DNA of 64,000 bases from an uncultured Gammaproteobacteria bacterium. Lineage in GTDB: Bacteria; Patescibacteriota; Patescibacteriia; Magasanikbacterales; UBA922. The stretch lies in NCBI GenBank assembly GCA_964566225.1, contig CAZMHV010000002.1:81934-145933 (forward strand), in the 5' to 3' direction. The notes beneath the pieces are model-generated. The model saw nothing but the letters and a program-made list of their open reading frames with translations. It did no database searches and was not told where the DNA came from. Within the stretch, counting starts at the first letter, position 1. Each line of letters opens with the position of its first letter. A program made the translations under genes and the position numbers. This document shows positions 10,307 to 18,386 of this stretch, in pieces.

Positions 10307-11041
10307 ATGCATTTTAAAACCGCAATCACTCACATCACTGATGATGGAAAGGAAATTATTCGTGGAAATAATTTTGATGAGCTCATTGAACACAAAACAT
10401 TTTCAGAAGTAATTTTTTTATTGCTGATGGGAAAACTACCGAATGAAAAAGAATTGAACATGATAAATGCATTTTTGGTTGCAGCCATTGATCATGGTCC
10501 TGGCACTGCTTCTGCGCTCACGGCTCGCATATCTGCATCGAGTAAAAATAGCATGCATACTTCACTCGCTGCAGGCCTTCTCGGGTTGGGTGAACGTCAT
10601 GGACTTGCCATCGAAGGAGCCATGAAATTTTTTCAAGAAAATATTGGTGCAGCTGATCTTGCATCACTCCTCAAACAAATGAAAGAACAAAAAAAGTATG
10701 CACCTGGATTTGGACACAGAATTTTATCGGTTGATAATCGAGCAAATACATTACTCGATATTGCCAAGAAAAATAATTTTTTTGGAAAACACTGTGAGTT
10801 TGCTCTGCAGGTACGTGACGAACTCAACAAAATTTCTTCAAAACCACTTCCCATAAATATTGATGGGGCTATGGGGGCGATTTTGTGCGACATGGGTGTG
10901 GATTCACGTTTGTCCAAGGGGATCTTTATGATTTCTCGTGTGCCAGGCTTGGTGGCACAAATTTACGAAGAAATGTGTAGTGACGAGGGACTCAGACGAC
11001 TCGAAAGTGATGAGATTGAATATATCGGTAAAGGACTGTAA
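10307..11041 (+). CDS. Citryl-CoA lyase (citrate-synthase fold)
   Basis: FKTAIT start, DHGPG, HGLAIE, PGFGHR, INIDG, ISRVPG. Size matches stand-alone CCL. Confidence 0.85.
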   Translation: MHFKTAITHITDDGKEIIRGNNFDELIEHKTFSEVIFLLLMGKLPNEKELNMINAFLVAAIDHGPGTASALTARISASSKNSMHTSLAAGLLGLGERHGLAIEGAMKFFQENIGAADLASLLKQMKEQKKYAPGFGHRILSVDNRANTLLDIAKKNNFFGKHCEFALQVRDELNKISSKPLPINIDGAMGAILCDMGVDSRLSKGIFMISRVPGLVAQIYEEMCSDEGLRRLESDEIEYIGKGL

Positions 11042-11052
11042 AATACATATAT

Positions 11053-11571
11053 ATGGATATTCTTTCACATGGCCTGTGGGGTGGCGCAGCCTTTGGTCGC
11101 AAAACAAAAAAGAGTTTTTGGCTGGCCTTTGGATTTGGTGTGGCACCAGATCTATTTTCGTTTGGGATTTTTACAGCCATGAATGTGCTTGGTTTTGTGT
11201 CTGGCCCAGATTGGTCAAATGGCCCACCGAGTAATGAAAGTATCCCTGCATACGTCCATAGTCTGTATAATGTCACTCACAGTTTGGTCATTTTTTCTAT
11301 AATTTTTCTCGTTGTGTGGCTACTACGCAAAAAGCCATTGTACGAAATGCTTGCGTGGCCACTCCATATATTGTTGGACATTCCTACTCACTCTACTCGT
11401 TTTTTTGCCACACCATTTTTGTGGCCCATCACGAGTTATAAAATAGATGGGGTACCTTGGTCAAATCCTTGGATTTTTTTTCCTGATTGGATATTGCTTT
11501 TTGTAGTCTATGGGTATTTGTGGTACCAAAAGAAAAAGCGAATGCAGTCTAAAAAGGAAAAAACTTCGTAA
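11053..11571 (+). CDS. Membrane-bound metal-dependent hydrolase (YdjM-like)
   Basis: MD..SH, PD, THSL, LHILLDIPTH, PFLWP motifs; hydrophobic. Confidence 0.75.
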   Translation: MDILSHGLWGGAAFGRKTKKSFWLAFGFGVAPDLFSFGIFTAMNVLGFVSGPDWSNGPPSNESIPAYVHSLYNVTHSLVIFSIIFLVVWLLRKKPLYEMLAWPLHILLDIPTHSTRFFATPFLWPITSYKIDGVPWSNPWIFFPDWILLFVVYGYLWYQKKKRMQSKKEKTS

Positions 11572-11573
11572 GA

Positions 11574-11602
11574 TTGACATTTTCAGGATTTTGTGATATT
11601 TC
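11574..11602 (+). promoter_or_regulatory. sigma70-type promoter upstream of the U32-ferredoxin operon
   Basis: TTGACA-17 nt-TATTTC with a TG extension. Confidence 0.55.
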
Positions 11603-11715
11603 TACTTGTGCGTGTGGGGAAATATTTGGTATTTTTTCCCATACACTCTCTGTGCAAATCGGTCAGCAACACAAGTTTGCGGCCGATTCTTTTTTCTCTC
11701 GTTTTTTGAATATAT

Positions 11716-12963
11716 ATGAACCAAAAACCATTTGAAGTCATGTCTCCCGCAGGGTCATGGGAAACGCTCAATGCTGCCATCAAAGGTGGCGCTGATTCAG
11801 TGTACTTTGGCATTGAACAGCTCAACATGCGTGCTCGCGCAGCCAACAATTTTAAAATTTCTGAACTTGGTGAAATTGTACGTCACTGTAGTGATCACAA
11901 TGTCAAAACGTATCTTACTCTCAACACCATTTTATATGATCACGATATTCCTCTCATGAAAAAAATTTGTGACGAGGCCAAAAAGGCTGGTGTGACCGCA
12001 GCGATTACCTGTGATCTCGCTGGAATTATGTATGCGCATTCGATTGGTCTTGAAGTACATATTTCTACACAGCAAAATATTAGTAACATTGAACAAGTAA
12101 AATTTTTTGCACAGTATGCAGATGTTGTGGTGCTCGCGCGTGAACTCACACTCAAACAAATTCAGTATATTTGTGACGAAATTAAAAAACAAGACATTCG
12201 CGGACCAAAAGGAAATTTGGTAGAAGTAGAAATTTTTGTACATGGTGCTTTGTGTGTTGCCATCTCGGGTAAATGTCACATGAGTTTAGCCACACAAAAT
12301 GCCTCGGCCAATCGTGGTGCCTGCATTCAAAATTGTCGTCGTGCATATCGTGTGATTGACGAAGAAACCGGTGATGAACTCGTGCTTGAAAATAAATATG
12401 TCATGTCTCCAAAAGATTTGTGTACGGTTGGATTTCTGGATCAACTCTTGAAAGCGGGAGTGCGAGTACTCAAAATTGAAGGCCGGGGCAAATCTGCTGA
12501 TTATGTGTATACCGTTACAAAAGTATACAAAGAAGCAGGAGAGGCAGTTTTGAACGGAACTTTTACCAAAGAAAAAGTAGATGAATGGATGACACTTTTG
12601 GGCACGGTGCACAACCGTGGTTTTTGGGAAGGTGGATATTATCTTGGCAAAAAACTTGGTGAATGGAGTGGAAATTATGGTTCACAAGCCACCAAAGAAA
12701 AAATTTGTATTGGTGTTGGTCAAGGATATTTTGAAAAAACAAAAATTGGAGAGTTCCGCATGGACAGTGGCGAACTCAAACGTGGTGATGAAATTTGGAT
12801 TACGGGCAAGACTACAGGAATTATTCAAACCACAGTCAAAGACTTGTATGTTGATGGTGTTCCAGCAGAAAAAGCCATGAAGGGAGACATTATCACCATG
12901 CCAATTGATGAAAAAATTCGTAAGAGTGATAAATTATTTTTAGTGGTATCAAAACATGCCTAA
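11716..12963 (+). CDS. Peptidase U32 family protein (TrhP/YegQ-like tRNA hydroxylation)
   Basis: SPAGS, GADSVYFG, EIFVHGALCVAISGKC, ANRGACIQNCR, SPKDLC, KIEGR; C-terminal beta-barrel. Confidence 0.88.
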   Translation: MNQKPFEVMSPAGSWETLNAAIKGGADSVYFGIEQLNMRARAANNFKISELGEIVRHCSDHNVKTYLTLNTILYDHDIPLMKKICDEAKKAGVTAAITCDLAGIMYAHSIGLEVHISTQQNISNIEQVKFFAQYADVVVLARELTLKQIQYICDEIKKQDIRGPKGNLVEVEIFVHGALCVAISGKCHMSLATQNASANRGACIQNCRRAYRVIDEETGDELVLENKYVMSPKDLCTVGFLDQLLKAGVRVLKIEGRGKSADYVYTVTKVYKEAGEAVLNGTFTKEKVDEWMTLLGTVHNRGFWEGGYYLGKKLGEWSGNYGSQATKEKICIGVGQGYFEKTKIGEFRMDSGELKRGDEIWITGKTTGIIQTTVKDLYVDGVPAEKAMKGDIITMPIDEKIRKSDKLFLVVSKHA

Positions 12964-13198
12964 GATTATTCACCAAAAAGAAGATTGTATTGGCTGCAAC
13001 TCATGTGTGGAGTATGCTTGTGCGTATTGGAAAATGATGGAAGATGGAAAGTCTGAACTGATTGGTGGCGTCAAAAAAGGGGATGTGTATATAAAAGAGA
13101 TTGCAGATATTGAAGTCGAACAAAATGAAATGGCTGCCATTTCGTGCCCCATGCATATTATCAAAATTGTAGATGATTCGGGCAAGGAAATTATTTAA
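12956..13198 (+). CDS. Ferredoxin
   Basis: CIGCNSC...CP motif; overlaps the U32 stop by 8 nt. Confidence 0.88.
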   Translation: MPKIIHQKEDCIGCNSCVEYACAYWKMMEDGKSELIGGVKKGDVYIKEIADIEVEQNEMAAISCPMHIIKIVDDSGKEII

Positions 13199-13208
13199 AA
13201 GTGAATAG

Positions 13209-13244
13209 AAAAAGACTGTCTTCCAAAGGATTGTCTTTTTTTTT
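13209..13244 (+). terminator. Probable intrinsic terminator
   Basis: AAAAAGAC...GTCTTTTT hairpin followed by a T-run, after the ferredoxin gene. Confidence 0.55.
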
Positions 13245-13286
13245 ATATACGAGTACACTTGATACGTAAATACCTAATATGTTTTT

Positions 13287-13571
13287 ATGTATTATCCTCC
13301 TCGTGATGGCTGGAAAAATTTAGAACAAGCCCATCGTATGGGTGTATCTTGGGGTCAAATTTGGTCTATTATTGGAGCGGTAGCTCTTATGGCAGTCATA
13401 GGTTTTGGGATTTCTGTTTTTGTTGGAAGACAAAATGCCAAAATGATAGAACAAAAAATAAATGAGGCCACCTCACAGGCTGAAGTGAATCAAAATGATG
13501 TTCAAAAACAAATTCAAAATAGTGTTGATCAAAAACTTCGTGAAGCTGGAATTGATCCAGTGCAAAAATAA
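13287..13571 (+). CDS. Small single-TM hypothetical protein
   Basis: 94 aa, one hydrophobic helix then a coiled-coil-like tail. Confidence 0.6.
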   Translation: MYYPPRDGWKNLEQAHRMGVSWGQIWSIIGAVALMAVIGFGISVFVGRQNAKMIEQKINEATSQAEVNQNDVQKQIQNSVDQKLREAGIDPVQK

Positions 13572-13576
13572 CGTCT

Positions 13577-14848
13577 ATGCAAAAAATCCTTGATCTTCAT
13601 ATTCATTCTCGTTACTCACGTGCTTGTTCACAGTCTCTGAACTTGCAGAACATTGCTGCAGCATGTGAATTGCGAGGCATCGACATCGTCACCACCGGGG
13701 ATTTTACGCATCCAAAGTGGTTTGAAAGCATTCACAATGAATTGGTTGAAGATACGGCAGGAATATATAAGTTAAAGAATAATTCGAGTAAAACACGATT
13801 TCTTATTGGCACTGAAGTTGCGTCCATCAAAAAACATAAAGACAAAACACGTCGTGTCCATCATTTGCTTTTTGCACCAACTATTGATGTTGCTCAAAAA
13901 TTCAATGCATATCTCACAAATAGGGGATGTAACTTGAAAGCAGACGGTCGTCCCATACTCGGACTCACGTCCAAAGAGATTCTCGAAGTCATGCTGAGCA
14001 TCGACGAACGCATGGTAATGATCCCTGCACATGCGTGGACGCCCTGGTTTGGTATTTTTGGTTCCAAAGGTGGCTACAACACGCTTGAAGAAGCCTACGA
14101 TGAATTGACACCTTACATTAACGCAATTGAAACAGGACTCTCGAGTGATCCACTCATGAATTGGCGATTGTCGCAGCTCGACAACATTACACTTATTTCC
14201 AATTCAGATGCACACAGTCCACAAAAACTCGGACGCGAGGCCAATATATTGCAATTTGAAAATGAAAAAGAAATAACATATGCCGAGATTATGCGTGTGA
14301 TTCGTGAAGGAGACAAAAAGAAATTTGTTTCGACCATTGAATTTTATCCCGAAGAAGGCAAGTATCATGTTGATGGTCATGCCCTGTGTAATTTTTGGTG
14401 CACACCAGAAGAAACAAAAAAACACAAAGGTATTTGCCCTGTGTGCAAAAAACAGCTCGTCATTGGAGTTATGAATCGTGTGGCAGAGTTGGCAGATAGA
14501 ACAGAGCTGCATGCACGTCAAGCTGCGCGTATTCCATACCAAAGTATTGTGCCACTGCCCGAGATTATTGCAGATGTACTTGGTGTTGGTGTGGCAAGTA
14601 AGGCCGTGCAAAAACAGTATGCACAACTTTTGCAAACACTTGGCAATGAATTTCATATTTTACTTGAAGTTTCACCCAAAGAAATTGAAAAGGCGAGTAC
14701 ACCACAGATTGCTGAGGCGGTGCAGCGTGTGCGCAGTGGAAATATTTATATTCGGCCAGGGTACGATGGTGTATTTGGTGTGGTAAAAGTATTTCAAGAT
14801 GATGAAGAACGTAAAAAACAAAAACAACTTGGGATTGAACTTGAATAA
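13577..14848 (+). CDS. Endonuclease Q family protein (PHP domain + Zn finger)
   Basis: DLHIHSRYSRA, TGDFTHPKW, PAHAWTPWFG, ETGLSSDP, SNSDAHS, GKYH.DGH..C, CPVC, PGYDGVFG. Confidence 0.85.
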   Translation: MQKILDLHIHSRYSRACSQSLNLQNIAAACELRGIDIVTTGDFTHPKWFESIHNELVEDTAGIYKLKNNSSKTRFLIGTEVASIKKHKDKTRRVHHLLFAPTIDVAQKFNAYLTNRGCNLKADGRPILGLTSKEILEVMLSIDERMVMIPAHAWTPWFGIFGSKGGYNTLEEAYDELTPYINAIETGLSSDPLMNWRLSQLDNITLISNSDAHSPQKLGREANILQFENEKEITYAEIMRVIREGDKKKFVSTIEFYPEEGKYHVDGHALCNFWCTPEETKKHKGICPVCKKQLVIGVMNRVAELADRTELHARQAARIPYQSIVPLPEIIADVLGVGVASKAVQKQYAQLLQTLGNEFHILLEVSPKEIEKASTPQIAEAVQRVRSGNIYIRPGYDGVFGVVKVFQDDEERKKQKQLGIELE

Positions 14849-14853
14849 AAACA

Positions 14854-14881
14854 AAAAATCCCCAGTGAAGGGGATTTTTTT
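14854..14881. terminator. Bidirectional intrinsic terminator
   Basis: AAAAAATCCCC-AGTGAA-GGGGATTTTTT between convergent genes. Confidence 0.8.
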
Positions 14882-14898
14882 ATTGCTTTAAGAAAGTA

Positions 14899-15036
14899 TT
14901 ATTTTCTTTTAGCAGCCTTGCGAGCGGCCTTGCGCTTTGGAGCAGCCTTGCGAGCTGGTCTCTTAGCAGCAGCTTTGCGCTTTGGAGCAGCCTTGCGAGC
15001 TGGTCTTTTAGCAGCAGCTTTTCTTTTTGCTGGCAT
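14899..15036 (-). CDS. 45-aa Lys/Ala/Arg-rich histone-H1-like protein
   Basis: MPAKRKAAAKRPARKAAPKRKAAAKRPARKAAPKRKAARKAAKRK. The 45-nt tandem duplication differs at synonymous sites, and a terminator follows. Confidence 0.75.
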   Translation of the reverse strand: MPAKRKAAAKRPARKAAPKRKAAAKRPARKAAPKRKAARKAAKRK

Positions 15037-15321
15037 AATAGTGTGTATTATGTTTGAATAATTGCGCGATGTAACTTTTGATATTACCATGGTGCATACC
15101 AAATGGCGTTACATTCACGTGAAGAAAATATTTTTACATGACAAGCATGGATGTAAAAAATTTTTCTTTCGAAATGTTTATGAAAAACATTTTGTTCCGA
15201 CCTTTATAAGTAGTATAAACTTTTTTTCAATATTTTGAAATAGATCGTCAACAAAAACTGTGGATATGTTTTGTTTGTAAAAAATAAATTTGTAAGATAT
15301 GATGATAAAAAATATATTTTT

Positions 15322-15723
15322 ATGAGTGAATACAAAAGAAAAATTCATAATGACATTGAAAATTCCACACAAAAAGAAATTGCACGACTGGAACAATGTA
15401 TTATTGCATCAAACAATTCTGGACTTTGGATTGAAATGAAAATTATTGATCCAAAAAATCAAGAAAATTTTTTTCGAGAGATTTTTTCGTTCAAAAGAAA
15501 AAGGTTGATATCTATTGCAACTGAGAGTTTAAAATTTTTTCAGGATGAAAATTTAAGAAGAGAATCCTCTGACGTGGTTTTGTATATTTGTCCAAACTTT
15601 GGTGATACAACATTATTTCCTATACAAAAACAACCCATTTCATTATTGGCACGATTACTGCTTACCTGTAAGGAAGTCAAAATTGTTCGTAATAGTGATA
15701 TAAAAAACAAAAATACGCCTTGA
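15322..15723 (+). CDS. Hypothetical protein
   Basis: AT-rich ORF filling the gap before tRNA-Arg. No motif recognised. Confidence 0.45.
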   Translation: MSEYKRKIHNDIENSTQKEIARLEQCIIASNNSGLWIEMKIIDPKNQENFFREIFSFKRKRLISIATESLKFFQDENLRRESSDVVLYICPNFGDTTLFPIQKQPISLLARLLLTCKEVKIVRNSDIKNKNTP

Positions 15724-15738
15724 AGCGTAATATATATG

Positions 15739-15810
15739 TCCTCTCGGGCGGAATCGAACCGTCATCGTAGGTTCCGGAAACCTATGTTCTATCCATTGAA
15801 CTACGAGAGG
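15739..15810 (-). tRNA. tRNA-Arg(CCG)
   Basis: Acceptor CCTCTCG/CGAGAGG, D-arm TAGTTCAATGGATAGAAC, anticodon arm TAGGT-TTCCGGA-ACCTA, T-loop GGTTCGATTCC. No encoded CCA. Confidence 0.93.
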
Positions 15811-16549
15811 CTTGTGTCAGCTTGTCTGAAATTTCTGCCAGTTGTTTTTGAACGCGTTTTAATATTTTTTCACCTTCTTCAATACTTTGTTCAATCCATT
15901 GAAGGCCAAAAGTTTGTTTGTGCCACTCAAATGTATTCATATCATTCACCCATACTAAAAACTCTTGCATACTTTGTTCAAAAAAAAGTTTTGCTTTTTC
16001 TGTTCGAAAGTGAAGTTCTTTGGAGTGCAAAAACCACCAAATAGCTATTTTGTATTTATATTGATTGAGTTTGGACTCATGTGCAAAAGCGTACAGAAAA
16101 TTCAGTCTTTCTATACAAAGTGTATCAAGTGTGTCAGAGTCTTTTAAAATTGAAAGGAGTATTCGATGTTTTTTATGAAGTAAAAGGTGAACAAAAATTT
16201 TTCCTGTTCCAATATTACTGCACATAATAATTCTTATTGCCAAACTTATCGTTGTACTAAATTCCTTTACTTTGAGAGATTCTTTCCATAAAAGAAAGGC
16301 TGAAATCATGTCATCGACCAGTCTCATCCATATAATAGAGGGTTTTTTTATAACTGTTCGTCCTGTATCGTGCCACCACGCAGCCAAAATAAGTGCATCA
16401 CGTTCTTTTTGGTTCAAATCAAAAGTACGGCTAATTTGTTCAGCATTTTCAGCGACTCTTCGTGCATGACTCATATCATGGTAGGCATCACCAGATTGCA
16501 GCATTCTTTTTTCAGCTACCTCAATAAGTTGTCGAATTCTTTTTTGCAT
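15782..16549 (-). CDS. HD-domain phosphohydrolase
   Basis: HDMSHARRV, LAAWWHDTGR, DSDTLD motifs. ATG 16549 lies just after tRNA-Ile. Confidence 0.75.
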   Translation of the reverse strand: MQKRIRQLIEVAEKRMLQSGDAYHDMSHARRVAENAEQISRTFDLNQKERDALILAAWWHDTGRTVIKKPSIIWMRLVDDMISAFLLWKESLKVKEFSTTISLAIRIIMCSNIGTGKIFVHLLLHKKHRILLSILKDSDTLDTLCIERLNFLYAFAHESKLNQYKYKIAIWWFLHSKELHFRTEKAKLFFEQSMQEFLVWVNDMNTFEWHKQTFGLQWIEQSIEEGEKILKRVQKQLAEISDKLTQASRSSMDRT

Positions 16550-16558
16550 AAAAAATTG

Positions 16559-16631
16559 TGCGCCCAGATGGCTTCGAACCATCGACCCCAACGTTATAAG
16601 CGTTATGCTCTAACCCCTGAGCTATGGGCGC
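16559..16631 (-). tRNA. tRNA-Ile(UAU)
   Basis: GCGCCCA/TGGGCGC acceptor, TAGCTCAGGGGTTAGAGC D-arm, TAACG-CTTATAA-CGTTG anticodon arm (TAT), GATGG-TTCGAAG-CCATC T-arm, discriminator A. Confidence 0.92.
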
Positions 16632-16661
16632 ATAGAAGGCTTGCTTCTTCAAAACAGAAGA

Positions 16662-16707
16662 ATTATACCAGAAGCCCCTTGATTTTTCAAGGCTTTTGCG
16701 CTATACT
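16662..16707. promoter_or_regulatory. Overlapping divergent sigma70 promoters (tRNA unit on -, rluD-gmk on +)
   Basis: Minus strand TTGAAA-17-TATAAT (16690-16662). Plus strand TTGATT-17-TATACT (16679-16707). Confidence 0.65.
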
Positions 16708-16736
16708 TGGCTTTATACTCAAATATAAGCCATTCC

Positions 16737-17708
16737 ATGAAAAATATTGACCAAGAACTGATAATTTCACCCGAAGACGTGGGTAAGCGCATTGATGCGC
16801 TCCTGGCGCAGATTTTGGGTATCAGCCGTGTTCAAACCGCTATACTTATTGAAAAAGCACGTGTGAAAATGGGTGATCGTGTCATTCGTAAATCATCAGA
16901 AAGACTCAAAGCTGGGCAAAATCTCGTTTTACTCGCTCCAGAACAAGACGAAGTTGAAACCGCCCACATTGTCCAAAAGGTGGTTTTCCCAGAAATTGAA
17001 ATTCTCAAGGAAACCGATGACTATATTGTCTTCAATAAACCCTCTGGCCTTTTGGTACATGAAACCGAAGCACATGAACCGGTAACTCTTGCGGCCTGGC
17101 TTCTTCATCACTATCCACAAATGCAGGGGATTGGTGAAAATCCAACTCGTCCTGGTATTGTGCATCGTCTTGATAAAGACGCTTCAGGTGTGCTTGTGGT
17201 AGCCAAAACTCAGGCTATGTTTGATGCTCTCAAGGCACAGTTTAAAGAACGTACTATTGAAAAAGAATATCGTGTCTTGGTACAAGGTGTGGTAGAAAAA
17301 GATGAAGGGAAAATTGACTTCGCCATTGATCGTGGAAGCGATGGTAGAATGGTTGCTCGACCACGTACTGAAAAGGTCTCTTTGAAAAATGTTGCCAAAC
17401 TTCAAGAAGGCAAAGAAGCCCTGACTGAATTTACCGTATTGCAGCGATTTATCAATTATACAATGCTGGCTGTTCGCATTCATACTGGCCGTACTCACCA
17501 AATTCGTGTGCACATGTTTGCCTACAATCATCCAGTGGTAGGGGACACTTTATATTTTCAAAAAAAGCTTGAAAAATTTAACAAAGGCATTGGTCGGCTT
17601 TTTCTGCATTCTTACCGAATCGGCTTTACGAATCTGACAGGAGAAAAAGTCGAAGTTATTGCACCACTCCCAGAGAAACTTGAAGAATTTTTGAAAAAAA
17701 TTAAGTAA
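16737..17708 (+). CDS. rluD: RluD-type 23S rRNA pseudouridine synthase (S4 domain + RluA core)
   Basis: N-terminal RIDALLA S4 domain; RPGIVHRLDKDASG, TGRTHQIRVH, HPVVGD. Confidence 0.85.
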   Translation: MKNIDQELIISPEDVGKRIDALLAQILGISRVQTAILIEKARVKMGDRVIRKSSERLKAGQNLVLLAPEQDEVETAHIVQKVVFPEIEILKETDDYIVFNKPSGLLVHETEAHEPVTLAAWLLHHYPQMQGIGENPTRPGIVHRLDKDASGVLVVAKTQAMFDALKAQFKERTIEKEYRVLVQGVVEKDEGKIDFAIDRGSDGRMVARPRTEKVSLKNVAKLQEGKEALTEFTVLQRFINYTMLAVRIHTGRTHQIRVHMFAYNHPVVGDTLYFQKKLEKFNKGIGRLFLHSYRIGFTNLTGEKVEVIAPLPEKLEEFLKKIK

Positions 17709-17709
17709 T

Positions 17710-18267
17710 ATGGGAACACTTGTTGTCATATCATCACCTTCTGGAGCTGGCAAAAACTCTGTTATTCGCCGTCTTTTGGAAATTTTCCCAAGCAGTGCCC
17801 GGTTTGTAACAACTACAACTCGCAGCCCTCGACCTGGTGAACAAGAGGGAAAAGACTATTTTTTTGTATCACGAGAAAATTTTGAAGCCATGGTTGGGGA
17901 AGATAAATTCATCGAACACAATGTGTATGCAGATGAATATTATGGTTCAGAAAAAGAAAAGCTTGAGGCTGTGCTTCAAAAATATGACTACGTTTTTGTG
18001 GCGATGGATGTCAACGGCAAACACTCACTTGATACTTTGGGCATTCCTCATGTATCAATTTTTCTCCTTCCCGAAGATATGAGTGTTCTCGAACAGCGTA
18101 TTGAAGTGCGTGGGGGAGTCACAGAACAAGAAGTCCAAAAACGCTTGGCTACCGCCCGTGAAGAACTCAAGGCTGCCAATGACTATGACCGTAAGGTGGT
18201 GAATCCAGAAGGCAAAATGGAAGAGGCCGTCCAAGAAATCGTGGAATTTTTGCACAGTAGAGTCTAA
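17710..18267 (+). CDS. gmk: Guanylate kinase
   Basis: SSPSGAGK P-loop; TTTTRSPRPGEQEGKDYFFVS. Confidence 0.93.
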   Translation: MGTLVVISSPSGAGKNSVIRRLLEIFPSSARFVTTTTRSPRPGEQEGKDYFFVSRENFEAMVGEDKFIEHNVYADEYYGSEKEKLEAVLQKYDYVFVAMDVNGKHSLDTLGIPHVSIFLLPEDMSVLEQRIEVRGGVTEQEVQKRLATAREELKAANDYDRKVVNPEGKMEEAVQEIVEFLHSRV

Positions 18268-18287
18268 AAATACACCTTTTGACCCTC

Positions 18288-18316
18288 TTGACAAAAATCC
18301 TCCTTTCGGGTATAGT
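18288..18316 (+). promoter_or_regulatory. sigma70 promoter of rplS
   Basis: TTGACA-17 nt-TATAGT. Confidence 0.75.
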
Positions 18317-18386
18317 ACTGCCACTATAACTTATATCCTCACGTTGGGAGAACTCAAACTCAACCTCTGAATTTAATCATTTTTTT

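Noticed and set aside
14899-15030. Tandem repeat as a CRISPR array or VNTR
   Set aside because: No spacers and no cas genes; the repeats are in-frame coding units. No CRISPR array was seen anywhere in the window.
15736-16044. 102-aa + ORF (also 16370..16750)
   Set aside because: Antisense readings of tRNA genes and the HD gene.
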